In this document: positions 35,656 through 59,259 of the stretch, one piece after another | How the letters are laid out: every line of letters begins with the position of its first letter | Position numbering within the stretch: position 1 is the first letter of the stretch | Origin: Macrostomum hystrix | Taxonomy: Eukaryota > Animalia > Platyhelminthes | Direction of reading: 5' to 3' | NCBI GenBank assembly: GCA_950097015.1 | Contig: CATNEN010000034.1 | Span: 4,898,001 to 4,962,000 of the forward strand | DNA length: 64,000 nucleotides | Notes under the pieces: model-generated | What the model was told of the DNA's origin: nothing | What the model saw: only the letters and a program-made list of their open reading frames with translations | The model's database searches: none | Made by a program: the position numbers and the translations under genes

Positions 35656-38302
35656 CTACAGATCGTCATTATCCAGGTTTGCCTGTCCGCGGGGTTTCAG
35701 CATTTTGTCCAGTTTTGATTGACCAATGAAGGAGCTGATGGAGGCGATGGCATCGTGCTGTTTAAATTTCTTGGCCAAATCGAGTGGCGTCTCGCCGTTT
35801 TCATTGAGCTTGTTGATGTCGGCGTCGCGACTACGAAAAACATAAGGAGGATAAAATTTAGTATGTCGATAAAAATACCTGGAATATACTAAATCTTTTT
35901 TTAGAAAAAGAGTGGGATTTCTCAGAATCTATTTTTAGAAATCGAGCCGGATTTCCCAGAATCTTTTTTTAGAAACAGAACCGGATTTCCCAGAATCTAT
36001 TTTTAGAAACAAACAATCAGTGTATTGAATCCTATTTCTAACGCGCTATCGAAAGAAAAGCTGCACAATGTTCTTCTAGCTGCACTGAGTTCTTGACATT
36101 GGAACTCTCAGCTCAGTCTCAGATTTTTCAGTGTCTGTTGGCAGTGTGGGTGTTGAATACATTTTTCTGTGTTTGTTTTTAGAGTTCGGTTTTTTGGTGT
36201 AGAGAGTTGGAACTACCAGTACAGGCTATTTCCAATCTCGCCACTAACATCCTAAAGTAGATCCTGTCTGCCTCTGTCTCAATTTGTTCGCTCATTCTCA
36301 CACAGAGCGCTGCTGAGATTCAGGCTTCGGTTCTACCACTTTGCATCCGTCTCAGGTTACCGCCGCTCGGTTTATTTGCCAGCCAAACAGTAATTCTCTG
36401 TTGGATTCTCTCCGTCTAGATTTCAGTATTTTCAACACAATCTGTCTGCCTTTCTTTCAAAAAGCAGTGACGCACGTCACTTTAGAATGAGCGCAGAATC
36501 GGGTTTGATGAAAAAAAACTAGACTAAGACAAGAAATAGGTTAGCTAAATTATTTAAAAGTAATCCAGCGCGCATGCCTGCCTAGGCCGAAGATCAAAAA
36601 ATGATGGCCCGACCAAAGTATACAGGAAACAGCTCGGTTTCATTTGAAAAGAAGATCTAAACTGCAGCATCTAAAATTCGGGTTAATTCACTTCAATCCA
36701 CAATCAACCCCCTCACTACACCAACCACCTCACTAAAACGTCCATCTCACTACAACATCAATATCATCCCAGAATTTACCATGCTCCAGCATCCACCTCA
36801 CTCCAGCATCCATCTCACTCCAGCATCCACCTCACTCCAGCATCCACCTCACTCCAGCATCCACCTCACTCCAGCATCCACCTCACTCCAGCATCCACCT
36901 CACTCCTGCATCTGCCTCACCCCAGTATCCACCTCACTCCAGCATCCACCTCAGTCCAGCGACCACCTCACTCCAACATCCACCTCACTCCAGCATCTGC
37001 CTCACTCCAGCATCCACCTCACTCCAGTATCTACCTCACTCCAGTATCCACCTCACTCCTGCATCCACCTCAGTCCATCGACCACCTCACTCCAACATCC
37101 ACCTCACTCCAGCATCCACCTCACTCCTGCATCTGCCTCACCCCAGTATCCACCTCACTCCAGCATCCACCTCAGTCCAGCGACCACCTCACTCCAACAT
37201 CCACCTCACTCCAGCATCTGCCTCACTCCAGCATCCACCTCACTCCAGCATCCACCTCACTCCAGCATCCACCTCACTCCAGCATCCACCTCACTCCTGC
37301 ATCTGCCTCACCCCAGTATCCACCTCACTCCAGCATCCACCTCAGTCCATCGACCACCTCACTCCAACATCCACCTCACTCCAGCATCCACCTCACTCCT
37401 GCATCTGCCTCACCCCAGTATCCACCTCACTCCAGCATCCACCTCAGTCCAGCGACCACCTCACTCCAACATCCACCTCACTCCAGCATCTGCCTCACTC
37501 CAGCATCCACCTCACTCCAGCATCCACCTCACTCCAGCATCCACCTCACTCCAGCATCCACCTCACTCCTGCATCTGCCTCACCCCAGTATCCACCTCAC
37601 TCCAGCATCCACCTCAGTCCAGCGACCACCTCACTCCAACATCCACCTCACTCCAGCATCTGCCTCACTCCAGCATCCACCTCACTCCAGTATCTACCTC
37701 ACTCCAGTATCCACCTCACTCCTGCATCCACCTCAGTCCATCGACCACCTCACTCCAACATCCACCTCACTCCAGCATCTGCCTCACTCCAGCATCCACC
37801 TCACTCCAGCATCTACCTCACTCCAGTATCCACCTCACTCCAGCATCCACCTCAGTCCAGCGACCACCTCACTCCAGCATCCACCTCACTCCAGCATCCA
37901 CCTCACTCCAGCATTCACCTTCCACGCCATACCTAATTAGCAAATCCACAATGTCCTGTCCGTCAGAGCCTTTTTGAATGGCTTCATGCAATGGTGTGTT
38001 GCCTTTTCTGAAAGAGATGTTTTGTTGCGAATTGACGCTTTTAGGTAATGAATGTTATAGTTGTTGTGTTAAACTTTTCTAGAAATAAAACCTCACTCTT
38101 TTCCTTGAACATTGACGTCCGCTCCAAGTTCGAGTAGCTCATTAATGGCATCTTTGTGCAGATTTCTGACAGCTACGGTCAGCACAGGCACTCCATTCCT
38201 GTTGCGGGCGTTCGGATCTGCCGACTGAAAATGATTATTTTTGTTAGATAAAAGTAGAATTTGCGTCTGTCTGTCTGTCTGTCTGTCTGTCTGGCTGTCA
38301 GT

Positions 38303-38401
<99 letters not shown>

Positions 38402-38411
38402 GGCTGTCAGT

Positions 38412-38454
<43 letters not shown>

Positions 38455-38480
38455 GGCTGTCTGTCTGTCTGGCTGTCAGT

Positions 38481-38516
<36 letters not shown>

Positions 38517-38534
38517 GTCTGTCTGGCTGTCAGT

Positions 38535-38581
<47 letters not shown>

Positions 38582-38607
38582 GGCTGTCTGTCTGTCTGGC
38601 TGTCAGT

Positions 38608-38643
<36 letters not shown>

Positions 38644-38687
38644 GTCTGTCTGGCTGTCAGTTCTGTCTGTCTGTCAGTTCTGTTAGT

Positions 38688-38754
<67 letters not shown>

Positions 38755-38755
38755 T

Positions 38756-38829
<74 letters not shown>

Positions 38830-38832
38830 AGT

Positions 38833-38890
<58 letters not shown>

Positions 38891-41800
38891 AGTTCTGTCT
38901 GTCCGTCAGTTCTACGGAAGTTCTACAGTCTGTTTCACTATCTCTATAGATTTGTCATTTTTTCGCTCGAGCCACACGCTGAAATCTATTTCGGTACACC
39001 TACGACCCTCAACTGTTGTGACTCCTCAGGTCAGTGAAAAAAATCAGGTACAGGATTCCTAATATATATGCCGAATTAGAAAACAAATTTCTCGATTTCG
39101 CCATTCTCCATCAGGGCTTCAGCACTGTTTTCTGCCAGCGGAGCAGAAGGACGCATAATTGGATGACAATTTCTCATTTCCACGCCATCATAATTAATTC
39201 TTCCCATTGCTTCAGGCAGCTTTTATTTAGCTTGACGACACATCGACCTTGTTCTTTTTCGGATTCCAAGCAGCAAGTTTTCCATGTTTAAAGTAATTCC
39301 TATTTTTCTGTTCGTCGCGCGCTCGACCGCACAATCCTGCTAAGTCCACATGCAGAGATAATATCCCTTCGCTGCATGCATGTCGGGCAAAGGAAATATT
39401 CTAACCCCCCCCCCTATTTTTCCTTGCTGTTTCCCCTCGCTTCTGATCGATCAGTGTTGAACTGCGGAGTTGGGATTTGCTAAACTTATCCGGAATTCCC
39501 TTTCCCACTCGCGGGCTCTCATCCTTAGTTTTTTTCGCTCACTTTGAGAACTTCTCTGACTGATGCCCAAATTTCTATGGCGACTGTTGCAAATACTGAA
39601 ATAATCTCTGTTAAGCTTGTCACTATTTTGCTATCTGTCCTTTCCACTTGAGTGCTTATTAATTTTTTTAACCTACGAGCGCAGCTTCGTAATCTAAAAG
39701 TAGAAATTACGGGGTACTTCAAATACCCACCGCCTTCCTTCCTTTTGGGAGATGCAGTTTGGGAGAAAAATGTTGGTATTTGAAATACCCCATGGTTTTT
39801 CTACTGTTAATTGTTTAATCCCGTTATCCCTGCTCTCACCTGCTCTTTTATAAGCCGCCGAATTTCATCGGGGCGTCCTTCGCCCTTGGAGCCGCACTCG
39901 CGTATCAGTGCCTGATTGGCCGGCTGCGGAATGGCGAGGGTCAGAGTGAAAGGCGGAGTGAACTGTAGAGTGACAGATGGAGTGACCTGCACTAAAGGAA
40001 CGGATCAAGCTTTGTTCACGTTTAGTGTCGGAATTAAACCGCGATTCCTTTTTAGCAGTTCCACACTGATACTTTCAGAGTGACAATCTCTATTCTCGGA
40101 GTGACAACATTTCCTTTGCCATGACCAATATTTCCTTCCCCGTTATCAATCTTTCCTTCCCCATTATCAATCTTTCCTTCCCCATTATCAATCTTTCCTT
40201 CCCCATTATCAATCTTTCCTTCCCCGTTATCAATCTTTCCTTCCCCATTATCAATATTTCATTCCCCATTATCAATCTTTCCTTCCCCATTATCAGTCTT
40301 TCCTTCCCCACTATCAGTCTTTCCTTCCCATTATCAGTCTTTCCTTCCCATTATCAATCTTTCCTTCCCATTATCAGTCTTTCCTTCCCATTATCAGTCT
40401 TTCCTTCCCATTATCAATATTTCCTTCCCCCATTATTAATCTTTCCTTCCCCATTATCAATCTTTCCTTCCCATTATCAATATTTCCTTCCCCATTATCA
40501 ATCTTTCCTTCCCCATTATCAGTCTTTCCTTCCAAATTATCAATCTTTCCTTCCCCATTATCAGTCTTTCCTTCCCCATTATCAGTCTTTCCTTCCCCAT
40601 TATCAGTCTTTCCTTCCCATTATCAGTCTTTCCTTCCCATTATCAGTCTTTCCTTCCCATTATCAGTCTTTCCTTCCCATTATCAATCTTTCCTTCCCCA
40701 TTATCAATCTTTCCTTCCCCATTATCAATCTTTCAGTCTTCTCCATGACTTTATAACATTTGATTGTCACCCTCACTTGAATTAAAACGAACTGCAAAGA
40801 ATTGCATTGCAGAGGTGAGCAGACTCACACTAATTTCTGGTCCCTCCTCCTTGATGGCGACGCCTTTCCGTCCAGCGCCTCGCTTGGTCTTCCGGCCAGT
40901 TCTCTTAGTGTCGCCACCGCTCACAACTGAAATTTAGGAGGCGGGATAGTTTGTGCCATAGTCTATCCTTCTCAAAATATCCCTACTCAAAATCATGCCT
41001 AATCAAAATCATATGTACTCAAAATAATACGTACTCAAAATCATATCTACTCAAATCACCTATACTTTTACTTAAAATAGTCTACTCTGCATCATCCCTA
41101 CAACCCTACTCAAAATCATATCTACTCAAAATCATATCTACTCAAAATCATCCCAACAACCTTACTCAAAACGATCTCTACTCAAAATGATCTCTGCTTA
41201 AAAATGTCAGCTCAAATTCATCTCCACTAAAAATCAAGTGCACTGATTTTTTTCTATTTTTTGCTTTAAGCTGGTCATGCGCACCTGAGCTGGCCTCGCT
41301 CCGGTATGAGTCCAAGTCGCCGCCGTTGGCTGCATGCGTTGTCGATGAGGTCGGTATGCGCTTAAAGTAGCCAGCCGGGTCGGCTAGCGAGTAAGGCTCG
41401 GCAGAGCCGGGCCTGAATGGGTCTCGCTCGTCCTTCAGGGCGAAGGTCAGCTGCAGGTGTACTTTGTCGCCGTCCTCGGTCAAGCGGCTGTGCATCAGGC
41501 GGCCCATTCGAGGCTCGCCAATGAGTGCGCGAAACTCAGTATTGTTGTTGGTGTACACCTGGCAGGTTATGGGTAGTTTTGGTGGGCTAGGCTGATGGGT
41601 AGATAAACTGATTTGGTAGATTGGTAGAATAGACAGATTTGGTAGATTGGTAGAATAGACAGATTTGGTAGATTGGTAGAATAGACAGTTCTGGTAGATT
41701 GATAGAATAGACTGATCTGGTAGATTGGTAGAATAGACAGTTCTGGTAGATTGGTAGAATAGACAGATTTGGTAGATTGGTAGAATAGACAGATTTGGTA

Positions 41801-44800
41801 GATTGGTAGAATAGACAGTTCTGGTAGATTGATAGAATAGACTGATCTGGTAGATTGGTAGAATAGACAGTTCTGGTAGATTGATAGAATAGACAGATCT
41901 GGTAGATTGGTAGAATAGACAGTTCTGGTAGATTGGTAGAATAGACAGATTTGGTAGATTGGTAGAATAGACAGTTCTGGTAGATTGATAGAATAGACTG
42001 ATCTGGTAGATTGGTAGAATAGACAGTTCTGGTAGATTGGTTGAATAGACAGATTCTGTAGATTGGTTGAATAGACGGATCTGATAGATTGGTAGAATAG
42101 ACGGATCTGATAGATTGGTAGAATAGACGGATCTGATAGATTGGTAGAATAGACGGATCTGATAGATTGGTAGAATAGACGGATCTGATAGGTTGGTAGA
42201 ATAGACAGTTCTGGTAGATTGATAGAATAGACAGATTTGGTAGATTGGTAGAATAGACAGTTCTGGTAGATTGATAGAATAGACTGATCTGGTAGATTGG
42301 TAGAATAGACAGTTCTGGTAGATTGATAGAATAGACTGATCTGGTAGATTGGTAGAATAGACAGTTCTGGTAGATTGGTAGAATAGACAGATTTGGTAGA
42401 TTGGTAGAATAGACAGTTCTGGTAGATTGATAGAATAGACTGATCTGGTAGATTGGTAGAATAGACAGTTCTGGTAGATTGATAGAATAGACAGATCTGG
42501 TAGATTGGTAGAATAGACAGATTTGGTAGATTGATAGAATAGACTGATCTGGTAGATTGGTAGAATAGACAGATCTGGTAGATTGGTAGAATAGACAGAT
42601 TTGGTAGATAGGTAAGAAAGCGTATTAAAAAAAGTGTTCCTGAACCTTCAGGTGAGCGATCACATGATCGATCTGCTTGCGCCAGTAGCCTCGCCCGGGG
42701 CTGACGCTTGTCAGAAACGGCACCCGCTCCTTCCTCGGCTCCCCCATCGATCCATCGGCCGTCGACGCGGAGCCCTCTAGCTTCCGCATGCCGGCAGCCG
42801 ACGGATAGAACAACCCGACCGTCTGGGTGGCGACTTCCGCAACACCGGCTCGCGACTTGCCGTAGAATGCGCTGGCCAACGGCTGCGCGAAGCTAGCAGC
42901 CGAGCTGACGGCCGAAGCTGGCAGCCAACCGGCTTTGATTGGCGGCTCCAAAGTGGCGCCGCAGGCGCCGCAATGACCGGCGCTGGCCGGATTGAGCGAG
43001 CCGCATCGGCGGCAGCACAGCTGACCGGGAATCTCCGGCCTGTCAGGCCTGGCGCCGCACCAGTCGCAGAATCTGGCGTCGGGACTATTCAGTCGGGTGC
43101 AACGACCGCAGGCGATCAGGGCATCCAGCGGTTGATTCGGCGGACGCGGCGGCGTATCCGAGTGCTGCCTGGCCGCGGCGGCGGCGGCTGCGGCTGCGGC
43201 TGCCGAGATTGGCAGGGCCGTATAGTCCAGGACTGGCAGCTGCGACTCGCAGGTCAGACAGACGAGGGACTGCGGCGGATTGGCTGTGCCGCACGATTGA
43301 CATACTCGCCGCTCCGGCACCCGCATGGTGATGGGCGGCTGCGGCTGCGGCTGGACGAAGCTCTGATCGCAGACGATGCACTTTGGCAGGTTGAGGGGCA
43401 CCTGCTTGCCGCAGTGAGGGCAGGGGCCAAGGCTGCCTGGCTCCGGCTGTGGGTACCTGCGGCAGTGGCGGTGGCGTAATGGGGCCATTGGGTGATTGAT
43501 GGGGACATTGTGTGATTGATGGGTGATTGATGGGCTGATTGATAGGGACATTGGGTGATTGATGGGTGATTGATGGGCTGATTGATGGGGACATTGGGTG
43601 ATTGATGGGTGATTGATGGGCTGATTGATAGGGACATTCGGTCATTCGGTTTGGGAGCTATCATGAAGTAGGCAGTGGGTATTTGAAATATCCCGTGGTG
43701 TTTCCCCAGGGGTAAAAATAGCATAGTCTTTCTCCTGCTAAGGGTGTTTTGGAGGGTGATGAAGCAATTTTCTGCAATATTTAAAAACGGCAAACGCTGC
43801 GTCAAATTTAGTCTATGGCCCAACCTGGCGGGCGGCAGCGGAGGCACGGGCTGGCCGCAGGAGTAGCAGAACTTGGCTGTGGGATCCGCCGGCCTAGGCG
43901 CCAGGCAGCAGAGACACTTCACCAAATCGGCGTCGCGCAGTCCGCCGACTCCGCTGCTCGGCCGACGCGCTGACGAGCCCGGAGGCTCCGACTGGGCGTA
44001 GAAGGCTGCAGTCGACATCGGCTGCGGTGCGCCGGCAGTCGCTGGCGGCCTCGGCGGGCTGTCCAGCCGCAGGGTGCGATCGGTTTCGGCTGCCGCGGCG
44101 GCGTCCCACGACTCGTGGTCGGCAAGCATTCGACGAACCAGACTGCGGGCAGTTCGCCTGGCGTCGTCCCGATCGGTCCCGTCGGCGACGGCGCCAGCGG
44201 ATGATTTCGCCACGGATGTCAGGCGCATGTCCTCCAGGCAGGCCAGCGCCTCCTCGACGTCTGCTGACGTGGTGGCTTCGACTTCGAAAGTCTTTGTCAC
44301 CGTGTTGGACTCGCGGCTGCCGTCTCTGCATTGGGCACATGTTTTCAGGTTTCGGGATTTCGAGACAGCACATCTGCAGCTATTGCGCGGCGCATCTGAA
44401 AGCTGCTTACGGTTGTTTAGTACATGGACTGGTTGGAAGCCCCATTCACCCTCAATTACCCCAGCTAATGCTGGTACCCATTTAACAGCTGGGTGAACTG
44501 AAGCAATGCAGAGTTACGTGCCTTGCTAAAGGACACAAATCGTTACAGTGGAGTCGAGAATCGAACCCCCGACCTTCAAGTCGTGAGTCCGAAGCTCTAA
44601 CCACTAGGCTACAAATCCATATTTGAGTAGCCTAGCTGCTACAATTTTATCTGCTACAAATCCTGTGTAGAAGCTTATTTAACAATCGGATCAGGTTTTA
44701 AAAGGCCTCTTTTAGAAGGAGCGGATTCGAAGGGCGGTCTTAAAGAGTGGATCTGAAGAGCGGATTTGAAGGGCGGATTCGAAGAGTGGATTTGAAGAGC

Positions 44801-45910
44801 GGATTTGAAGGGCAGATTTAAAGAGCGGATTTGAATAGCGGATTTGACGGGTGGATTTGGAAATAAGTGTGGTTTGGAGATTGGATTTATAGAACTGGTT
44901 TGAAAAGTAGAAAACAATCAAGGAACGATAAACGTTATTGATTTCCCCCCGTGTCTAGCACTCTATAGCCAACAGGAAAAATTTCCGTCCGCTTCAAGCC
45001 CAAACGCCGCACGCGTACTGTGCTCAAATGGGACAGGTGAACTCAGAAGTGACCGGATTTCTGATTGCAACATTTCTTTGGGAGAGAATAAATCTGCGAA
45101 TAAGGTTGAGACGGATCTCAAAGCCAGATCAGAGCAGAGAGAGGGGAGGGGGAGATTTTGGGAAGTGCATTCAGATGCTCAAAGGACGGGAAATTAAAGC
45201 CCGGCAGGGATAATATGCAAAGTGAAAGCTCCCGCACTGAGAGCATTGTCGAGGGTAGCGCCGAGGAGTGGGGAATTAAATAGGAAGGGAGGAGAAAAAT
45301 ATAGGGATGCGAGCTTCGCTAGCCAACAGGGAGGAGGGTGGGGTGGGCGGCTGGATCAGGCGGCTTAGCGCGGCAAGGGAATTAGGAATGCAAGCAATAT
45401 CGGGTAGCATTGAGACGCAAACTAATGGACGATTTGGTCTGTTGAAATTCCTTTTAGCTGAATCTCCTTTGTTTTGGGGAGTTGGACGAAATTAGTGAGG
45501 ATTTTTTCGTACTAAATAGTTGTTTTAAGACTCTAACTACGCTCGTACAAGGATTACAATTTAATGAATCTCACTAGAAAGGTATTTTGTGCTAAGAATT
45601 AATAATAATCGAATTCGAAATTCGCGTCATGCTACTGGCGTCAGTAGGCTCACTTGGCAAATGCGACCGCTTTTACTGTGCGCTTGCCGGGTGGCAGCAA
45701 AAAGGGCTGCTTGTATTTGTAGGTAGCGCGCCGGCCCATGCTGGAGAACGGGTCCGGCTTCGAGCCGTCGATGGTGAAGAAAATGTTCACCTCTGGCGAT
45801 TCAGAGTGCAGCTCCACCCGGGTGCCGCTGTCCATCTGCGACTTTGGCCGGCCAGGCACGGGCGGCCGCAGGGGCACAATCACGGGAGCTTTCACCATTC
45901 CTGCCGTCAT
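35656..45910 (-). CDS. DZANK1: Double zinc ribbon and ankyrin repeat protein 1; 9 exons: 45910-45654, 44325-43825, 43456-42646, 41558-41285, 40926-40829, 39986-39840, 38224-38097, 38007-37933, 35830-35656 (821 aa)
   Basis: [14 protein letters not shown]...[13 protein letters not shown]-terminus, multiple CxxC zinc ribbons, [13 protein letters not shown]...[15 protein letters not shown], and C-terminal ankyrin repeats ([16 protein letters not shown]). Exons total 2466 nt with all phases consistent. Confidence 0.93.
36780..37918. repeat. 17-bp minisatellite (CCACCTCACTCCAGCAT)n with higher-order blocks
   Basis: Intronic in DZANK1. Explains the 398-aa ORF. Confidence 0.96.
38266..38905. repeat. 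(TGTC)n microsatellite with GGCTGTCAGTTC interruptions
   Basis: Direct observation. Confidence 0.98.
40105..40735. repeat. 20-21-bp minisatellite (TTATCAATCTTTCCTTCCCCA)n
   Basis: Tandem periodicity. Confidence 0.96.
41605..42610. repeat. 26-bp minisatellite (GGTAGATTGGTAGAATAGACAGATTT)n
   Basis: Fills nearly the whole DZANK1 intron 3. Confidence 0.97.
43470..43640. repeat. GGGTGATTGAT-based repeat
   Basis: Tandem periodicity next to the DZANK1 exon 3 acceptor. Confidence 0.88.
44362..44614 (-). mobile_element. tRNA-derived SINE family B, near full-length
   Basis: Minus-strand head GTAGCCTAGTGGTTAGAGC...GGTTCGATTCTC (A and B boxes). Body is colinear with 60342-60646. Confidence 0.88.
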
Positions 45911-47846
45911 GGCGCTGCACTGCTATGCTGAAAGTGCAGAAATCATCTTGTTAATGTCAGATAAATTCAACTACTATAGCTATAGCTAAAGGAAAAACTT
46001 TTCTGTGTTTCGTTGGTACCCTAAAAGGGAAGAAATGTTTAAAATGTCTAGGTTTTTGTGCCTAGTAAGTGCTCGAAATTTTATCTGGCGTGTTGCATTT
46101 GAACCTAAAGTGTCAAAATGGCACCATGAATTTTTAGGCCTTGTGCAACAAAAATTAATGGACTTTTTGTGATAGACATCATTGAAGTGTATATCATCAT
46201 TGAAGCCCTGATCATGAAGCTTGATTCCTGATTTATCAATTCATCAAGCATTGTCCAGATATCCCTTATTAGCTTTTTAATATTTGATTTTGATGTCTTA
46301 TAGACTGATTTAACAGGATGGAAAACCAGTGTTTAAAATCCAGTAATTAATTCAGATTGTCCATAAACAAATACTAGAATTAAAGTTTTAGATTATTTTG
46401 CGATCAAATTAGTCATAGATAACAATAACACTTCAACAACAAGCAAGCAATCTAAGAAATAGATAAAACAAAATAACTGTGTCTGAACACTTTTTTATAA
46501 TGCACATCTCGAGATTTATGTATCTGCACTTTTACTGGTGAATGTTTATCAGATATCTTATTACTTGAAAAATACTTTGCAGGAAACGAGTAACAATCAA
46601 CCGCCATAAAAATACTAAAAGTCACATACGTTTTATGTTCAAAATATACATGGATTTAAAATTCTCATGAATTGGTATTTATATTTTGAACAGGTAACTG
46701 CTTAAAAAAGCTACTTCCAGCTATCTAAGAGGCAAAAATGACATTATATAATCAAGCTGAGATATAGATAGTGTATTGATAGTGCATTTCTAGATCTGAA
46801 AAGAAACATTAGAGCAACATTCTTGGAGCATTCCTTCTAACACTTTTCTGAAAATTACTATTTCCGTGGCTTAATCAAACTTAGGTGACATAACAATTTT
46901 ATTGCTAAATAATATTTTAGCTTTTTTAAGAGTTACATTTTTTAAATTAATATATACGCAGTGTGTCATTTTAATTTTAAGTTGATAATAAAACTTTTCT
47001 TCTTTTTAAAACGTTTGTTAAAACAAGTTCGTATCCATTGAAAACAGCGAGGAAATATACAAACGGCTGGTTTTGCAGTAATTTATCCGCATCTGACGCA
47101 GTGAGTTTCTCACATCTTCGTTTAATATATGTTGTTTTCAAAATCCTTGCTGGTAGTAAAAGAGGCTAGAACGTTTATATGCATCCGGTTTTTGTTGTTT
47201 TAGTTGTAAATATGGTATTAGAAGTGAGCAGAAATATTTTTACATAGCTGTACCCCACTTAATCCACGAATTCTTTTTAAGTAGCATATTTTATTAAATA
47301 ATAAACAAAAATGTTTTATAATCTGTAACTTTGAATTTGAAGTAGTCTCTCGTTTTATGTTTACGGAAAGTAATGAATCGACTAAGACTTCTAAAACCTA
47401 TTTTGAAATGACTGAGTGCATGATTTTCTTAATCATGTACAAGACATTTATTAAAAAATTGTCTATAAGAGCCAAAAGGGATTCAGTTACTTTTGTCGAA
47501 AAATATTTTTAGTCTACCATGTAATAATAATTTAACTAAAATTAGTTAATCAAACATGCATATAAGCCATGAAGCTTTTATTTTAAAAAGTTATGATAGA
47601 AGGCAAACAAAAAAGTAGTATTTTTTTCTTTTTAGGCTTTGTTTTTATAAGAAGAGCGTTATAACTCTTAGAGTAAAAACTTCTATTTTTTCCTTATAAA
47701 GCAAAACATCTAACTCTTTTTATGATAAGCTTTAGTAATAAAATAAAAAAACTTCTTCTCCAATGAAAAGTACTACTCTTTAGTATCCTTTGTACGAATA
47801 TATGAAACATATGAAGTTATTGTTCCTGATTCCAGAAATCATATTC

Positions 47847-57372
<9,526 letters not shown>

Positions 57373-58131
57373 TTCTGATGTAGAGGCAGATTTTCCAACA
57401 CGAGCAGACTGACCAAAACTCATTCAGTGACTCATAATTATCTATTTAAATTATACTAACGTAAATTAATTATGACTTTTTCAGATTAAATTACTTTCTT
57501 TTTCTGACAATTTGAATAGACTAGTTTTTGTCTATTTTTCTCAGACAAAATAAGCGACACATACTACTTATAGTGGGAAAGTCAGACCTTTCCGATTTGG
57601 GTGGGTTCAGCTGTTCAGTCCATGGACTGGAGGTGCCTTACTCAGATCTATGATTCAAACTCCCGACCTATATTTGGGGCAAAAAGACTTCCAGGACTAC
57701 TTGACCTATGATGTACAGTAGTAGTGTTAATATTTTTACTCGTTTTTAGTTTGCGAGACCTCAGCTATAGGTTTTTGTGACGCTGTGGTGGTTTTATTTG
57801 CTCTTCGTATTTGCTTTTTTGCAAATTTCCGTAAAATGGCGAGTTTCTCATAAAGTGAAATATAACAGTTTTTTGGCTTTTGCGTAACCAACGCAGCGAA
57901 TTATTTGCCAATCTGGTTTGCCAGTGTGTTTTGTGTTTTTTTTTGCACTGTTTATTTAATTTTGAACAATGTTAATATTCAGCACAAAAAAAACTGAATA
58001 AGAACGCAATTGATGGAAAGTAAATAAATATGAAAAATCGTTAGAAATTGCCAACAACTTACCTTGGCTCTTACCTGTAAAATTGATTCATAAAAACATT
58101 TCCTTTTTTGAAATTTTCAAAGCCAACGGGC

Positions 58132-58132
<1 letters not shown>

Positions 58133-58222
<90 letters not shown>

Positions 58223-58457
58223 TAGATAGCGAGAAAGAGCGAGCGAAGCCAATCAAGCTGAAAGCACGCACACAAGATCACCAAAAACGATTAAGGCAGC
58301 TGGAAAGCCAATGGGCGCGGTAAGCGCTTTTATCCAGAGGAACTACCATCTGCAACCAGCCTATGCCGTACAAAAACCAGACTACTCAAGCAGATAGATA
58401 GTTAGATAGATAGATAGATAGATAAATAGATAGTTAGATAGATAGTTTGATAAATAG

Positions 58458-58488
<31 letters not shown>

Positions 58489-58525
58489 AATAGATAGATA
58501 GATAGATAGATGGATAGATAGATAA

Positions 58526-58586
<61 letters not shown>
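58133..58586. repeat. Two (GATA)n microsatellites (58133-58228, 58390-58586)
   Basis: Direct observation. Confidence 0.97.
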
Positions 58587-58596
58587 CCGACATAGA

Positions 58597-59072
58597 TCAC
58601 TTGCCATGCTCGCAGGTGTAGTTAACGAACAGGTATTTGTAGTTGCCAGGGCAAGGATCGCCAAAAAACAAATTGGCAGCCAGGACGCTGCAGACGCTGC
58701 GAGACTCGCATTGCGACTGAACGTAGGTTAGAGACTTCAAACTCCAGCAGTCGTTGACGGAGTTGGTGATGTACGCACAAGCGGGCAGAAATTCGGTGGA
58801 TTTGCCGTACATTGCGTAGACCACTCGAATTACATGGGGTGCAACACAGGTCAAATTGGCCCTGCCATTTTCGCAAGTCAATAGCGACTGGACTGGAAAT
58901 TTCGAGTCTGAAATTTGAACAGGATTTGTCTAGGAAAAGTGTGAGTTAATAAAAGTAGAGAGTCTTAAACCAGTTAAAATAACTAACGACAAACAACGAC
59001 GACCAAGAAGAACACTGAGATTTGGCAGGCCAAGGACCAGGACCAGGACCACTTTAAGAGACCATTTTTCAT
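58597..59072 (-). CDS. Secreted SUEL/rhamnose-binding (Gal_Lectin) type lectin; exons 59072-58988 and 58907-58597
   Basis: Hydrophobic leader ([28 protein letters not shown]), an 80-nt phase-1 intron, then TCENG..LTC...IRVVYAMYG...C..S...[26 protein letters not shown]. Confidence 0.85.
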
Positions 59073-59259
59073 TGTCGTTCGCTTCGTTTTCGAAATGTTT
59101 TTCTGTTAGATGAAAAAAGTCTCAAGCCTATAACTCAGCTGCAAATGTATCCATGCAAGCATATAGAGGCCACAGCCAGAGCTGAACCAATCGCTTAATA
59201 GCTTCAACTGACTATGATCAAGTCTGGTAAGGTTATACGCTTTATAAGCATATAAAGAA

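Noticed and set aside
36781-39062. 398-aa, 273-aa and 127-aa ORFs
   Set aside because: Translations of 17-bp and (TGTC)n repeats in DZANK1 introns.
39060-39300. Possible extra DZANK1 exon
   Set aside because: Flanking exons already join in phase (KEQ|SADPN) and all frames here hit stops.
44545-44614. tRNA-like sequences (also 6839, 28890, 56452, 60575)
   Set aside because: They lack a pairing acceptor stem and continue into shared SINE or TE bodies, so they are not tRNA genes.
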